A stretch of 64,000 nt of DNA from Lytechinus pictus (taxonomy: Eukaryota), in contig NC_087251.1 of the NCBI RefSeq assembly GCF_037042905.1, forward strand, positions 23,252,001 to 23,316,000, read 5' to 3'. This document shows, piece by piece, positions 62,891-64,000 of this stretch. The position numbers and the translations under genes are program-made. Numbering within the stretch: the first letter of the stretch is position 1; each line of letters starts with the position of its first letter. The notes under the pieces are model-generated. The model was given only the letters and a program-made list of their open reading frames with translations. It was not told where the DNA came from and made no database searches.

Positions 62891-64000
62891 CAATGGCATT
62901 CTAAGTTCAATGACATGCTCCTTACTATTTCTTACAATGACATATGTGATTAAGGAACTCTACATCTGACTGATTCGATATTTTTATTATGCTTTGTTAT
63001 TCCAAAACTAAAAACTGTTTCTACAAATGGCATAGCGTCATTATCCATGTGCAGCAATCTAGTAGTCTAATTGGAAAGGATGATAACCATTTTAAAATGC
63101 CAAAGAGTTTCTGCTTGTTTTTTAGCCATGCAGACTTTCCTTTCATCTTCAATGTACAGCTTTTATTTATTTCCTTAATGCTTTCAGGATTTTTTTTTAT
63201 TTTCTTCGATAAAATTCAACAAGAAATATATATATATATACTTGCCTTTTAAAATATCTGGCAAGGATTGACATTTCATTAGGAACTTATTAATGACCCC
63301 ATATTTTGGTCAGTTAACTATGCATCTGACGCAACATGTAAAAAGATACTGCTTCTGCAGTCTGCCAGTAAATACAAAATAAGTTGTTTGTTTTCCACAT
63401 CATCATTTACATCCATCTCGACTTCCTTTTTTTTCTTATTTCTTATAGACCTTTTAATGTATATAAGTGAAATTTCAAATTACTACACCATGGCACCTCG
63501 CACTGATACACAATGGAAAGAAAGAACAAAACAAAGTAACAAAAATGATAATACAGTAAATGGTGTACAAAACTCCAAATTCCTACACAAACTCACTTTG
63601 ATTACATATATTTTCCAATATAGTCTACCTACAACCACATTATTTTTTATGAAAATATCCTCCCCAAATCACCGAAAAAACTTAGACAGGATAATTTTCC
63701 AGTAAATCAGGGTGCAGTGCAACCATCTTATCCCATTCTCTTTTTTTTTCCTGGAAAAAAACAACACATGTCTCACTAGAAAGCGCTAGGCCTCTATACG
63801 GACAGCACCATCTATCATGTTTGAGCCTACAGTCATAACAATGGCTGACTTTGCGAAGCTGCGGTGCTCGCTGCGATGATCCAATTGTAAAACCTAGTTT
63901 CATCGAGTCATTCTCTTTCTTTTGAGGTATGCTCAATGTATACCTCAATCATTTCAGCAGGAAAATTATCCAAGAATTTTGATAACCAATCGACTTCATT

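Overview
Eukaryotic, AT-rich animal DNA. The repeat landscape and intron style suggest a marine invertebrate, probably a sea urchin (inference). Two host genes lie on the + strand. One is a class A GPCR with an intronless CDS (3892-5082). The other is the 5' part of a formin of the FMN/Cappuccino subfamily: ten phase-consistent coding exons from 34205 to 61004 (DEP-like region, FH1, start of FH2), continuing past the window, with a candidate promoter/first exon near 26.3-26.55 kb. The rest is mobile DNA: a head-to-tail pair of RNase H-bearing I/Nimb-type LINE 3' ends, a decayed CR1/L2-group LINE, many non-autonomous DNA elements (Tc1/mariner, Kolobok-like, hAT, Harbinger-like, Helentron-type) and a 4.7-kb foldback. 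Four observations stand out. (1) A 181-bp Alu-like SINE has a structurally intact 7SL head, a B-box and a Deu/Nin-like body, and its empty site is preserved in the opposite arm of its host element. (2) The same Deu/Nin-like motif, plus a B-box, is built into the LINE 3' UTR. (3) About 30 TACATGTA octamers, the classic Tc1 excision footprint, are confined to the formin introns. (4) A TSD-flanked element carries a tRNA-like Pol III cassette between interleaved inverted repeats. All alignments and counts were done by eye, and family names rest on recalled consensus features, not database searches.
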